Part shown: in pieces, positions 41,119-52,106 of the stretch
Numbering within the stretch: the first letter of the stretch is position 1
Layout of the letters: each line of letters opens with the position of its first letter
Assembly (NCBI GenBank): GCA_029856045.1
Contig: JAHQWG010000043.1
Location: 55,153-119,152, forward strand
From: Promethearchaeia archaeon
GTDB lineage: Archaea; Asgardarchaeota; Lokiarchaeia; Sigyniarchaeales; SOKP01
Direction: 5' to 3'
Length of the DNA: 64,000 bases
Made by a program: the position numbers and the translations under genes
Notes under the pieces: generated by a model
What the model was told of the DNA's origin: nothing
Databases searched by the model: none
Seen by the model: the letters and a program-made list of their open reading frames with translations, nothing else

Positions 41119-42375
41119 ATGCCGAAACTAAAAAGATTTAAATATAAACCAATTTCACTCAAAGAAATATTAATTGAAATGAAAGAAAATTTAGATTTGA
41201 TGATAGATCTAGCTTATAGCGCTATACGGTTCCAAAGTAAAGAGATTGCTAATGAAGTCGTAAAAATTGAAGAAAGAATCCATGAATTAGTTTTTTTAAT
41301 CGATTTACAAGCAATGATGGCTCATCCAGGATTTCAGGATGCAAAAAGTATTGAACCAATAGTAAGAATAGGTTATGCTATAGATAAAATTTCTGATGCT
41401 CTTGCAGATATTGCTAAAGTTACCTTTATTAATGATGAAATTTGGGTTTTTACTCAATATCTATGGGGATTTATACCTGAACCTATAATTAAGGTAAGAA
41501 TTTCACCTGAATCAGAGATTGTTGGAAATTTAGTCGGAGAAATTAATTTTAGAGCAAATTTTGGGGTTGATTTAATTGCAATACGAAGAAAAAAACGATG
41601 GATTTATAATCCAATTGCAGAACAAAGAATTCTTGAAAATGACAGAATAATAGTTAGAGGAGAAATGCCATCCCTAGTACAAATTAAATCTTATTGTAAA
41701 GATGAAGCGCCGATATCTTTTAAATTTGAGGGTGATGAGAAAATTAGTTCATTTGATATAAAACAACCAGAAATTGAAGGAATTATGCCAAAAATAAAAA
41801 ATACATATATTCAGATGATTGATATTTCAGAAACTATGATACAACTCGCAATCTCAACAGCATTTTTTATTAACGAAGAAGTAGCAGAGGATGTTCTTGA
41901 AATGGAGGAAATTATGGATGGATTAAATATTATTTTTGAAAAACAAATATTAGAATTAGCTAAATTTGTACCAAATACAAGGGATATTGTTGGAATTTTA
42001 AGAATTGGTTTCTGTTGTGAATTAATATCAGATGCCGCATCTAACATTGCCGAAATGATAATTAAAGGTTTTAAACCTCATCCAATTTTAGTAAAAGCAA
42101 TAAAAGAAACCTCTGAAATTTTATTAAGAGAACAAGTCTCCTACCAATCTAGATTCAAAAATATCACACATGATGAAATGCTAGATAAATATCAATTAGG
42201 GGTTCATATTATCGCTGTAAAAAGGGGAAAAAATTGGATATATGATTATAAACGTGATTTTAGATTTGAAGTAGGAGATATATTAATAGGACTAGGTCCT
42301 AAAGAAACGATTATTGAATGGCACAAACTTGTTAATCCAGAGAGATGTCAGCTTTATTTTCAAAAAAAAAAATAG
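41119..42375 (+). CDS. Duplicated PhoU + TrkA-C domain protein
   Basis: LMIDLAYSA...E, GVDLIAIRR and GVHIIAVKRG repeats. Confidence 0.88.
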   Translation: MPKLKRFKYKPISLKEILIEMKENLDLMIDLAYSAIRFQSKEIANEVVKIEERIHELVFLIDLQAMMAHPGFQDAKSIEPIVRIGYAIDKISDALADIAKVTFINDEIWVFTQYLWGFIPEPIIKVRISPESEIVGNLVGEINFRANFGVDLIAIRRKKRWIYNPIAEQRILENDRIIVRGEMPSLVQIKSYCKDEAPISFKFEGDEKISSFDIKQPEIEGIMPKIKNTYIQMIDISETMIQLAISTAFFINEEVAEDVLEMEEIMDGLNIIFEKQILELAKFVPNTRDIVGILRIGFCCELISDAASNIAEMIIKGFKPHPILVKAIKETSEILLREQVSYQSRFKNITHDEMLDKYQLGVHIIAVKRGKNWIYDYKRDFRFEVGDILIGLGPKETIIEWHKLVNPERCQLYFQKKK

Positions 42376-42387
42376 AGGGAAATATTT

Positions 42388-42972
42388 ATGTCGAAAGATA
42401 TTAATAAACGTTTTAGTGATACAATGGCTGAGATTGCACAACAAATTAAAAAAATTTCAAGACTTGTAGATAAAGGTATAATTTTAGATTTAATAACTCT
42501 AATTCTTGATATACATAAAAATGATAATAGAATTTTTATATATGGAGCAGGACGTTCTGGTTTTATTGGTAGATGTTTTGCTCAAAGATTAATGCACTTA
42601 GGAATTAAGTCTTGTTTTATATCAGATGCTGTAACCCCTCAATACACAGAGAAAGATTTACTTATTATAATAAGTGGAAGTGGAGAAACCACAAGTTCTG
42701 TAGCATTAGCTTTGAAATCAAATAAAATTAGGGGTAAATTAGCTCTCTTTACGGCTAACCCGAATAGTATTATTGGAAAAATCTCAAATATTACCATAGA
42801 AATTAAAGGGAAAAGTAAAGATGTTGCTATGAGTGAAAAAAGTCTTGCTCCATATACAAGCCTTTTTGATATATCAACACTGTCTGTATTGGATTCAATT
42901 TGTGGAGCAATTTGTGGAAAATTAGGGGTAACTGAAGCTGATATTGATAAAAGACATGCGACATTAGAATAA
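42388..42972 (+). CDS. hxlB: 6-phospho-3-hexuloisomerase (SIS domain)
   Basis: YGAGRSG, FAQRLMHLG, ISGSGET, C-terminal RHATLE. Confidence 0.92.
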   Translation: MSKDINKRFSDTMAEIAQQIKKISRLVDKGIILDLITLILDIHKNDNRIFIYGAGRSGFIGRCFAQRLMHLGIKSCFISDAVTPQYTEKDLLIIISGSGETTSSVALALKSNKIRGKLALFTANPNSIIGKISNITIEIKGKSKDVAMSEKSLAPYTSLFDISTLSVLDSICGAICGKLGVTEADIDKRHATLE

Positions 42973-42981
42973 ATTTTTTTC

Positions 42982-43419
42982 TTAATTCGATGGCTTTTTG
43001 TTAATTAACTTATGGTTTTCTCCCGTATCATCTGAATTTTTATTCAAGGTAGAAGGACTGGAATAGATAAAATCTTTTGAATTTTGCGCAATAAAAATGT
43101 TATCAGACGAATCCAATTCGATTTCTGCTCTAAGTGGGTTATCGTTCCGTATATTAAATTTGATCGGGTCTTTTACCTGAATTACCTTAGCCATGCTTGA
43201 GATATACTTAATGAACGATAACGAATGAACCGATAAACACTGCTTATCTTTAGCAGCATAAATAACACAAACATCGATGTTCTCAGCACTCATTTCAAAG
43301 AGTTCTATTAGTTTCTTTAGCACATCTAAAGTAATTGTATTTCTTTCTTCAAGCTTATTTAATATTATTTTTCCGATGTCTCCACTTTTTTCATATAATA
43401 CAATATCTTCCAAAATCAA
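42982..43419 (-). pseudogene. Truncated enoyl-CoA hydratase N-terminus fused to unrelated sequence
   Basis: The first ~60 aa resemble the crotonase N-terminus (VLYEKSGDIGKIILNK.EERNTI). The remainder has no crotonase motifs. Confidence 0.55.
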
Positions 43420-43486
43420 ACCCTCTTTTTTCTTAATGATTTATCCTCATAAAAAGTTTTTTAGAGAGAAAAAATAGGTCATAATT

Positions 43487-44983
43487 ATGGTGTTGGAAAA
43501 TTTAAAACCTAAAATTGTATGGGATATTTTTGAAAATATTATTGCTAAAACTCCGAGACCTTCTAAACATGAAGAAAAAATCCGTGAAGTGATAAAAGAT
43601 TTTATATTGGAATCTGGCAAAACAAATAATAATGATTTTCAGATTTATCAAGATGGAGTTGGAAATATCCTAATCAAAAAACCAGCGACATCCGGACAAG
43701 AGTCAATTCCATCAATAATGCTTCAAGCTCACCTCGACATGGTATGTGAAACAGATAAACCTGAAGGATTTGATTTTTTCAATAAAGGAATTCCAGTACG
43801 TATTCAGGAAAATAATGAATGGGTTTACGCAGATGGAACATCTCTAGGAGCTGATAATGGTATTGGCTTAGCATTTGCTTTAGCAATCCTAATTGATAAA
43901 TCGATAGATTCTCATGGACCCATTGAAGTATTATTTACTGTGAATGAAGAAGATGGGTTTGATGGAGCAACTCATCTAGATCCTAAAACTCTTAATATAA
44001 AAAGTAAATTGATGATTAATCTAGATGGAGGACCTGCCGAAGTAGTTGTAATTGGTTCTGTTTGTGGACGAGGGGTGAGATTTTCAAAAAAATTTAATTG
44101 GATTTCCCCTGAAGAAAGTAATGAGCTTCAATTTTTTGAACTTTCATGCCAAGGATTATTAAGTGGGCATTCGGGAGAAGATATTCATTTACCAAGAGCA
44201 AATGCAATTAAAATAGTAGGTAGAATATTATCAATTCTTGCCCAAGAAATGAAAATCTATATCTGTAAATGGCAAGGAGGCACTAAAGGAAATGTCATAC
44301 CTGCTAAATCTATAGCAAAATTTGGTATTGAATCAAAAGATCAAAAGGCATTTGAAGAATTAATTAAAAAAGAAATTGCATCGATTAAGGATTATTATGA
44401 AAAATTTGAGCCTAACCTAAAAATCGAATATAAACAATCTCTTCCAGACAATTATCTTTCAAAAGAAGGTTCACAAATATTATTATCTACCGCTCATTTA
44501 ATCCCTAATGGTGTTCTTAAAAAGTCTCACATTTATGAAGGATTTGTAGAAAGTTCGAACAATTTTGCTATTGTAGATACTGAAAAAAATGACGAAATTA
44601 TTTGGCTTTATCCGCGTAGTATATTAAGAAGTGAATTGGATTCTTTTGTTGTTTCAATGAAACAATTAGGGAAATTAGGGGGTTGGAAAGTGTTTTTAAG
44701 ACCTGTATTACCCGAGTGGTTACCTAATTTAGAATCTAAGTTCTTAAAATATGTTGTTAAGCAATATGAGAATCTTATAAAAAAACCGGTAATAACTAAT
44801 GTCATTCATGGTGGATTAGAGACTGGAATGATTAGCACTAGGATAAGTGGTCTTCAAATGGTTTCTCTAGGTCCAACAATCGAAGGCTTGCATTCGCCGA
44901 GTGAAAGATTAAAAATCTCTGATGTGGGATTAATATATAACCTTTTAAAATTAATTATTAAGGAGCTTAATGGTATAGCTTAA
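43487..44983 (+). CDS. pepD: Aminoacyl-histidine dipeptidase (M20C)
   Basis: PRPSKHEE, QAHLDMV, LGADNGIG, NEEDG, IHGGLETG, HSPSE. Confidence 0.93.
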   Translation: MVLENLKPKIVWDIFENIIAKTPRPSKHEEKIREVIKDFILESGKTNNNDFQIYQDGVGNILIKKPATSGQESIPSIMLQAHLDMVCETDKPEGFDFFNKGIPVRIQENNEWVYADGTSLGADNGIGLAFALAILIDKSIDSHGPIEVLFTVNEEDGFDGATHLDPKTLNIKSKLMINLDGGPAEVVVIGSVCGRGVRFSKKFNWISPEESNELQFFELSCQGLLSGHSGEDIHLPRANAIKIVGRILSILAQEMKIYICKWQGGTKGNVIPAKSIAKFGIESKDQKAFEELIKKEIASIKDYYEKFEPNLKIEYKQSLPDNYLSKEGSQILLSTAHLIPNGVLKKSHIYEGFVESSNNFAIVDTEKNDEIIWLYPRSILRSELDSFVVSMKQLGKLGGWKVFLRPVLPEWLPNLESKFLKYVVKQYENLIKKPVITNVIHGGLETGMISTRISGLQMVSLGPTIEGLHSPSERLKISDVGLIYNLLKLIIKELNGIA

Positions 44984-45009
44984 ATAAAGAAGCTACTTTA
45001 TAATGGACC

Positions 45010-45090
45010 TTATAGATTAGTACTTAAAAATTTCAACCCACTATCACACATCAAACAAACCACTGTTTTTCCCTTTGATTTTACCTTAAC
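45010..45090 (-). pseudogene. C-terminal remnant of a cysteine-synthase-family (PLP) gene
   Basis: Translates VKVKSKGKTVVCLMCDSGLKFLSTNL*, matching the CysK-type GKTxV.I..DSG.(R/K)YLST terminus. Stops lie just upstream. Confidence 0.55.
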
Positions 45091-45261
45091 ATATTTTCAG
45101 CTTTTTTATCTTAATGAAAGGTAAAGATCCAAGTAATTTTTGGTTAAAAACCGAAGATAATGGAAAAGGAAAAATTCTAAATTATCTATCTCCTCTTATT
45201 CTATAAACTACAAACAAATCTAATGTTCCAATTAGGGGCATGCGATAATAGAATTAGTTTT

Positions 45262-45340
45262 TAATGATGACACCACACAGGTGAGAAACTCAATAAGCAC
45301 CCACTTACAAGTGTTTAAGCTTATTTCATAGTCATCATTA
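45262..45340 (-). promoter_or_regulatory. Eukaryote-like SECIS element of selD
   Basis: Minus strand directly after the stop: TAATGATGAC-T-ATGA-AATAAGCTT-AAA-CACTT GT AAGTG-GGT-GCTTATT-GA-GTTTCTCACCTGTGTGGT-GTCATCATTA. This gives a 10-bp helix I, AUGA/GA core, helix II, AAA and an apical mini-stem. Confidence 0.9.
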
Positions 45341-46366
45341 TTATTTTTTTGAAACCTCCTCAAATTCAATATTTTTGGAGAGTCTTACTAATCCTGGCTC
45401 TTTTTTATCAATTAACCCTACAACCCAATTATGTATATTATTACTTGATAGAAGGTTTGAGAATTCCTCAACATTGTCTGCATCAACCGAGAGAAGCATC
45501 CCCCCCGCAGTTTCTGAAGCCTCACATGAATCAAGGCGGTAATTGAAATCCTTGGCAAGTTCTTTTGCATATTTTATAATCGGAACTGTTTCAATTAACG
45601 CGGAAAGATTTGTACCCTCAAGCATTTCTCTAGTATGACCTGCAAGTCCAAAACCAGTTACATCGGTCATTGAATGAATAAATGAAAAATCATCATAGGA
45701 ATGTATTGTTTTTACAACATTTTGATTTGATGTAATCATTAATTCAATAGCATAATCGATTGAACTTTTTAACTCATTAGCCGAATAAAGTTCTAAGATT
45801 TCCGGAGTATTTTTTAATATTCTATAGGCAGCCATTACCGGTTGAAGTCCCGTAGGTTTAGTGATTATTAATTTATCACCTTCTCTTGGACCCTGTTTTC
45901 TGATGAGTTTATCTTTTTCCACAAATCCGGACGCTTCTCCACCAATAAGTGGCCATTCGCAGTAAATTGTATGCCCTCCTAACACTTTTGAGTTAATTTT
46001 TTTCATAAAATTGTTTATTCCATTCATAATTCCTTCAGCAACCTCCATGGGCATCATTGTATCCATTGCTAGGAAAACAAGCATTCCTTGTATCTCAGGT
46101 ACATTCATGGCAAAAATATCGTTTGTTACATTACATGCAGCGATTTCTCCCATAATCTCTGGCTCATCTGCAATAGGAGTAAATATATCTATATTTTGAA
46201 GCAATAATAAATTAGTATTAGGAACAGGAGTAATTGAACAATCTTCAGTAAGACCAGCTAAACCAACATTCTCTAATAACTCCTTCAATTTTTTCGGACC
46301 TAATTTGCATGATCAACCAAAAATTTTAACCTGTTGAGTTAATCGATACTCTTCTCTACTTTTCAA
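45341..46366 (-). CDS. selD: Selenophosphate synthetase, itself a selenoprotein (341 aa, Sec18)
   Basis: TTG 46366 after a GGAGG RBS. YRLTQQVKIFG-U-SCKLGP with TGA at 46313-46315 (UxxK motif). Also DIFTP, NDIFAM, GGHT, TDVTGFGLAGH, ETAGGML. Confidence 0.95.
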
Positions 46367-46444
46367 CTCAACCTCCTTTTATTTTTTAAAATTATAATTA
46401 AAGATACATTAAAAATTTTTAAAAAAAACACTTTCTAAAACAAA

Positions 46445-46678
46445 TTAAGCTTTTTTTATGTAAATAGTAAATTTATACGGATCATTCACTTCTTGAAGAT
46501 CCAAAATGTCATGTCCTTCCTTCTCTAAAAATTCGACTATATTTTCTTTAGCTGGTAAAAAATCTCCAATAAGTTTCAATGTTTTTCCAGATCCCATAGG
46601 TTTTAATTTTTTTTTCGTTAAATATAAGGGCATGGGACATGATTTTCCTTCTACGTTTAATTCCTCATCCGAATCCAA
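46445..46678 (-). CDS. TusA/SirA-family sulfur (selenium) carrier
   Basis: LNVEGKSCPMP (CPxP motif). Confidence 0.92.
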   Translation of the reverse strand: MDSDEELNVEGKSCPMPLYLTKKKLKPMGSGKTLKLIGDFLPAKENIVEFLEKEGHDILDLQEVNDPYKFTIYIKKA

Positions 46679-46696
46679 TTTAATCCCTCCAATAAT

Positions 46697-47044
46697 TTAA
46701 AATGTGATATGATTTTCACTTTCACCCACTGCTTGAACAATCTCATGCATTCCAACAATCTTGGCGCCTTCAACTAAATGTTCTTGCTTAATCCCACGAG
46801 ATTTACAGCAAACTCCGCACACAATTACTTTCAATCCTTCTGAAATCGCACTTTCTAAATATTCTAAATGATTAGGGTATTCATTTGGATTTTGTTCTTT
46901 CAAACCAACATATATTCCATCTTGCATTAAAGTAAGTGTTACATCATTACCATCCAATATTGCAGTTAGTGCAAACCTAAGAGCAGTATATGGTTTTTCC
47001 CTTCCATAGGGTGATTCCATTATCATAACTGAAAATTTTCCCAT
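46697..47044 (-). CDS. DsrE-family sulfurtransferase
   Basis: SPYGRE, LMQDGIY, VCGVCCKSRGI. Confidence 0.92.
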   Translation of the reverse strand: MGKFSVMIMESPYGREKPYTALRFALTAILDGNDVTLTLMQDGIYVGLKEQNPNEYPNHLEYLESAISEGLKVIVCGVCCKSRGIKQEHLVEGAKIVGMHEIVQAVGESENHITF

Positions 47045-47169
47045 AATTTAGAATTCCTTATTTAATTTTTAAATCAAATTAATCAAATTTAATTACATTA
47101 AATTAAAATAAGAGGATTTATTAATTTTACTTTAAATATTTATTAGAAAAATTAATATCTTGATTATAT

Positions 47170-48072
47170 TTAACTTTTATTTTCAAAAATAAAATTCCAA
47201 AATTTTTTTGCAACTTTATTTAATTTATTTCCTTTATTTTTGACAAAATATAATTCTCTTCTTAAAGGAGGTATATTTGAAATGTTTATTATTTTAATTA
47301 GTTTTGCATCTTCTGCTTTTTTGGCACTCATCTCACTAATAATTGATATATTATTTGAATTACTTACTGCAGAAATTATTGATTCATTACTAGTCATTTC
47401 TAGCAAATGATTTAATTTATCATACTTTTCTAAATTTTCCATAGCAAATTGTTTTGTACCAGAACCATCTTCACGGGAAATAAATGGATATTTAATTAAA
47501 TCCTCAAAAAGGACATTTCCTTTTTTAATTCTAACCAAGTCGTGATCATCAGCACAAATAAAGACTAAATTCTCAGTAAAAATTGGGAAATATTCAAATT
47601 TTTCACGGTCCTCCTTTATAAAACTCCCAATTGCAGCAAATTCAACGTGCTTATTTTTTAGATCTATTAAACTCTGCTTACTATTTCTTATCCAAATATT
47701 GATTGTAACATTAGCATACTTATTCTTAAAATCCGCAATAAATTTTGGTAATATATGATTTCCTGGAATAGTTGAAGCAGCAATAGAAAGTGTTCCTATA
47801 AATTCTTTACTGAGATTAAATATTTCTTTTTGACTTTTATCAAATAAGGAAACTATATCCTTTGAATATCTTAATAAAATTTCGCCTTGTTTTGTTAATT
47901 TGAATGTTCTTGTACTCCGATCAATAAGATTGCACTTAAAATAATTTTCTAAATGCTCAATTTGTTGAGACAAAGCGCTTTGAGTTATCGAAATTTTATC
48001 TGCAACTTTTGAAAAACTTTTCTCTTCTGCTAATAAAATAAAGTGGCGTAGAAAATCAATTCTTAAGGTCAA
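47170..48072 (-). CDS. LysR-family regulator (selenium-metabolism-associated type)
   Basis: HTH SFSKVADKISITQSALSQQI, ASTIPGNHILP, SREDGSGT. Adjacent to dsrE-tusA-selD. Confidence 0.92.
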   Translation of the reverse strand: MTLRIDFLRHFILLAEEKSFSKVADKISITQSALSQQIEHLENYFKCNLIDRSTRTFKLTKQGEILLRYSKDIVSLFDKSQKEIFNLSKEFIGTLSIAASTIPGNHILPKFIADFKNKYANVTINIWIRNSKQSLIDLKNKHVEFAAIGSFIKEDREKFEYFPIFTENLVFICADDHDLVRIKKGNVLFEDLIKYPFISREDGSGTKQFAMENLEKYDKLNHLLEMTSNESIISAVSNSNNISIISEMSAKKAEDAKLIKIINISNIPPLRRELYFVKNKGNKLNKVAKKFWNFIFENKS

Positions 48073-48169
48073 ATTATAATCAATTTATTTGTTATACATC
48101 TTATGGTATATTATTCAGATTTATTAACTTTTCTAATAAATAACTGAATAAAAATTAATATTTAGATCC

Positions 48170-49036
48170 TTAATTTTTAATTAATGATCTTAAAATCTTC
48201 AAGTTCTTAACATCATTAGTTGTATCTTTTGAATTTTTTGGGGTTTCTAGAATACCAGGATAATCATTAAAACGCTCATCGTTTAGGAAAAATCCGAATG
48301 GTTTTTTTCCAATTTTTCCTTGCCCAATATGAGTATGCCGGTCAACCCTGGAACCTAACTCGTTCTCAGAATCATTGAGATGAAAAATAAATAAATATTT
48401 TAATCCAATAATGTTATCAAACTCATCCCACATTTTGTTATAACTTTTTTCAGTTAAAAAATCATACCCAGCTGCAAATACGTGGCAAGTATCAAAACAT
48501 ACACCTATTCTATTTTTATTCTTAATTTGATCGATAATAGATTTTAGATGCTCAAATTTATATCCAATATTATTACCTTGCCCTGCCATAGTTTCTAAGC
48601 AAACTATAGATTTATATTCTGAGGTTTTTTTGAATAGGATATTTAAATTATTTGCAATTCTTTTAAGAGCATCCTCTTCAGTCTCACCCTCTTCCTTACC
48701 AGTAGCAGTTCCAGGATGTAATACAATATATTCTAATCCTAATGATTCGGCTCGATTAATCTCTATTTCCATTGAATCAATTGACTTCTGTAGGGTTTCT
48801 GGATTATGAGCTCCCAAATTAATTAAATATGATGTATGGGAAAAAATTGGCCAAATATTTTTTATTTTCTTTCTTTTTTCTTTAAAAGATTTAATATCTT
48901 CTTCGGTTAATGGTTTAGCTGCCCATTGACGATTAGATTTTGTAAATATTTGAATTGATTCGCAATTAATTTCATCTCCACTCTCAATAGCTTTAAATAA
49001 ACCACCCGCTATACTCATATGAGCTCCTAATCTCAT
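48170..49036 (-). CDS. nfo: Endonuclease IV
   Basis: LGAHMSIAGG, HTSYLINL, HPG, LETMAGQG, DTCH, HLNDS, DRH, ILETP. Confidence 0.96.
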   Translation of the reverse strand: MRLGAHMSIAGGLFKAIESGDEINCESIQIFTKSNRQWAAKPLTEEDIKSFKEKRKKIKNIWPIFSHTSYLINLGAHNPETLQKSIDSMEIEINRAESLGLEYIVLHPGTATGKEEGETEEDALKRIANNLNILFKKTSEYKSIVCLETMAGQGNNIGYKFEHLKSIIDQIKNKNRIGVCFDTCHVFAAGYDFLTEKSYNKMWDEFDNIIGLKYLFIFHLNDSENELGSRVDRHTHIGQGKIGKKPFGFFLNDERFNDYPGILETPKNSKDTTNDVKNLKILRSLIKN

Positions 49037-49141
49037 AAATAAGAACTTAATATTGAATAATATAAATTTTACTAATATTTAATTAATTAGGGAACAATTA
49101 ATTTTTGTCGTTAATTTTTTCCGTAACAGGATGAGAAATAA

Positions 49142-49645
49142 TTAATATAACGAATAAAAAAAAATTCCAAGAATAAGTATAGAAATAATTAAAGTTACGA
49201 ATACTATATTAATATAAATAAAATTAATCATTTCTTTCTTATCCATTTTAGTAAAGTTCGTATAATAAAGAACACAGCTAGCTAAAATAATAATATTGGT
49301 TAAAAATATCAATATACTAAACCAATCCATTGAGAAATACAGTATTATAGAATTCATTAAGCTTAAAAAACCAAGAGTTCCTTTAATAAATGAAGTAATA
49401 ATACAAGAAAAAGTGAGTAATTTATTTTCTTTTAAAAAAAGAAGAAAAATTCCAAGAATCCCATAAAATACAATAAAAATTATTTGTATCAAATCATATG
49501 CAAAAAGTCCATAAAGTATTAAGTAAATTAGTCTGACGATATCGTTCCATGTAAATTCTGCTAGATTAACTTGAAGCGAACGAATAGACGCTGATAATAA
49601 TAAAATTAGTGCCGCCAATATTCTAAATCTATCGTGGTTTTCCAT
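49142..49645 (-). CDS. Hypothetical membrane protein
   Basis: Several hydrophobic segments and a GGAG RBS upstream. Confidence 0.65.
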   Translation of the reverse strand: MENHDRFRILAALILLLSASIRSLQVNLAEFTWNDIVRLIYLILYGLFAYDLIQIIFIVFYGILGIFLLFLKENKLLTFSCIITSFIKGTLGFLSLMNSIILYFSMDWFSILIFLTNIIILASCVLYYTNFTKMDKKEMINFIYINIVFVTLIISILILGIFFYSLY

Positions 49646-49706
49646 TCTTCTCAGCTCTCCTGTCTAACCCTCTTTAAATCTTTAATACGAATCATTGCCT
49701 TCTTTT

Positions 49707-50447
49707 CTATAAATATATTATAAATCTTCCGATCTCCATCAAAAATAATAAATGTATAATCAATTCTATTATCAAAATTGAAAAAAACCAACTTAAAATT
49801 AGAACATAATAGCGCAAAAAATAATTCTTTTTTTTAGCACTTATTTTACCTATTTCTCTTAACCGTATTTTTGGAATAAAAAATCCGACATTTTCTTTAT
49901 AAGTTTTAAATTCTTCTGGAAATTTTTGTTGTATCTTCAATTCTTGGAGGTCTGAATAAATAATCATACACACAATAAATAATATCCTCAACGGAATTCC
50001 ACCTATTTGAATTCCTAAATCCTCAGTTGATGGAAGGAAAAGTACACATGGAAGAGATGTTAAAATAATTCCTACATTTTGAGGGTGACGAATAAATTTA
50101 TAAGGTCCACAATTTATGATTTTTTTATTAACTCTTTTTGCTTGAAAGCTATAAATTAAACCTATTAAAAAAAGCGTTAAACCTCCTATAAATACAATAA
50201 TTTCAATAATTAAAATAGTATAAAAGGAAAAAACATTTTCTAAAGGTATTCCATACCAGACATTAAATAACCATTCACCTTCCTCTAATAATCTAAATAT
50301 TACAATTGAAGAAGACGGAAAATTTATTGGAATCATTGAATTTATTTCTCTGAAGATATCAATAATAATTAAGTCATAATAAATATACAGCGAAAAAATT
50401 AATAGACCATATCTCAACAAGTTTATTGAAGAGTTTAAATATTTCAT
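49707..50447 (-). CDS. ICMT/PEMT-family membrane methyltransferase
   Basis: GPYKFIRHPQNVG and YKENVGFFIP. Confidence 0.8.
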   Translation of the reverse strand: MKYLNSSINLLRYGLLIFSLYIYYDLIIIDIFREINSMIPINFPSSSIVIFRLLEEGEWLFNVWYGIPLENVFSFYTILIIEIIVFIGGLTLFLIGLIYSFQAKRVNKKIINCGPYKFIRHPQNVGIILTSLPCVLFLPSTEDLGIQIGGIPLRILFIVCMIIYSDLQELKIQQKFPEEFKTYKENVGFFIPKIRLREIGKISAKKKNYFLRYYVLILSWFFSILIIELIIHLLFLMEIGRFIIYL

Positions 50448-51373
50448 AAGACCCTCATATTCATTTTATTTTTTTAAAAATTATATTTATAATTATTGTT
50501 TAACTTTTATGGATGAAGGACCTCCTTAATCGAGTGGGGTTTTTTTAAATATCTTGTTAATTTAAATAATCTTATTAATCATTTAATTTAAATAAATTAT
50601 AGGTAGCCTAATTGGGATATTTTCAACAATTCTGGTTATGTTATATATAAATACTTTTAAATAAATATTTTATTTTTAAATTCTAGATAATTATTTTTTG
50701 GTATAATATCTAAATCTACATTGGTCTATCTAATATGGTTGTATTTAAATTTAATTGGAAAAAAGTGAAGAATGTCATATTTATCCTAAAAAAGACGAAC
50801 TTGTTTTACTTTAAGTAAAAAAGGAGTTCTACGTTTTTTCTTTCTTTTTTTTAATTTACTTTAATTTCGTTAGACTCATAGATATAATTGGAATTATTTT
50901 TAAAAACGTCATTTGTTACTATTTCATTAATAAAATCTATGATCAAGATGGTTTTGCAAAGGTTGATTTTCGAGTTAATATAATGGTATAAGAAATATTT
51001 ATTGATGCTAATGGAGTTAAGATATAATGAGAAAAAAACTAAAATGTGTAAAAAATTTAAAGTATTTAAGGGATCTTTTGATAAAAAATAAGCAGTTTTT
51101 GGAGGACTTTTTAAGTTTTAGCTTTATTATATGTTAGCAAATATAATAGCAACGAATTCGAAAAATATCCCAATTTTCAACAATATACTTATTGTTTTAA
51201 AATATCTTCTTTCTAAATTACTTATCAAGGTTAGAATTAAAGTAAAACCTAAAATAATTATTCCAAAAACCATGGGAAAAAAGAAATGTATAGAATTAAT
51301 AATATTAGTGAAGATTATTAGAAATAAAATCGAAAAGAAATTATAACTAATAAAATCATACAAGCGGAATATC

Positions 51374-51919
51374 ATGGGAATAGTTGGCAAAAAACTATCA
51401 ATTTTACGCTTCTTAGGATGGTTTATAATACTCGGTGGCTTAATTTATACTCTAATTGTTGATTTTTTTTATTTAAGTCATCCATTTTATATTTTAGGTT
51501 TAATTTTAGTCATTTCGCTTACTCTGATTATATTAAAACTACCCTATGATTTAATTGAAGATAATAGACTCTTACTTGGTATAATTTCTCTGATCTTCAT
51601 AATAATATTTAACGCTGTTATACTAATCTTTACAGTTGATCAGGACTATTTTTTAAGATATCTTACTGTAATTATTTCAGATTTTGCATTATTTATCACC
51701 TTACACTTTACCTTATCAATAAAGCAAAAGGAAAAAATAATTTTTATAATCGCTTTTGTGATATATTTGATTCTCTCAATTACTTTTAAATTGGATTTTC
51801 TAATTGGACAAATTAATATTGGCAATTCTATTCCTATAATAATCTCAACCATGGGATTTTTTTGTAATTTTATAGCGGAAACAAGTATGAGAAAAAAAGG
51901 GTTAATGAAATATATATGA
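51374..51919 (+). CDS. Hypothetical membrane protein
   Basis: About six hydrophobic segments. Confidence 0.75.
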   Translation: MGIVGKKLSILRFLGWFIILGGLIYTLIVDFFYLSHPFYILGLILVISLTLIILKLPYDLIEDNRLLLGIISLIFIIIFNAVILIFTVDQDYFLRYLTVIISDFALFITLHFTLSIKQKEKIIFIIAFVIYLILSITFKLDFLIGQINIGNSIPIIISTMGFFCNFIAETSMRKKGLMKYI

Positions 51920-52106
51920 TAATTTTATATTATTTAAGAATAAGAATTATTTAAGTAATCTTATATTATTTATCTCTGGATTGGATTTTATTTTGGGAAT
52001 ATATTAAAATCGTATATGATAGTCAAAAGAAATTAATTCAAAAGGATTAAATTATGTTTATAAATTTAAGTAATGTTTTTTAATATATTATTAGAGAATT
52101 TTTACT

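Noticed and set aside
50514-50546. GC-containing hairpin with a T tail as a riboswitch or sRNA
   Set aside because: It relies on many G-U pairs, matches no family I recognise and has no clear associated transcript.
50760-51390. Short ORFs 51127-51390 and 51131-51346 and a possible decayed gene at 50760-51020
   Set aside because: Low-complexity AT-rich sequence with no recognisable motif, so a call cannot be supported.
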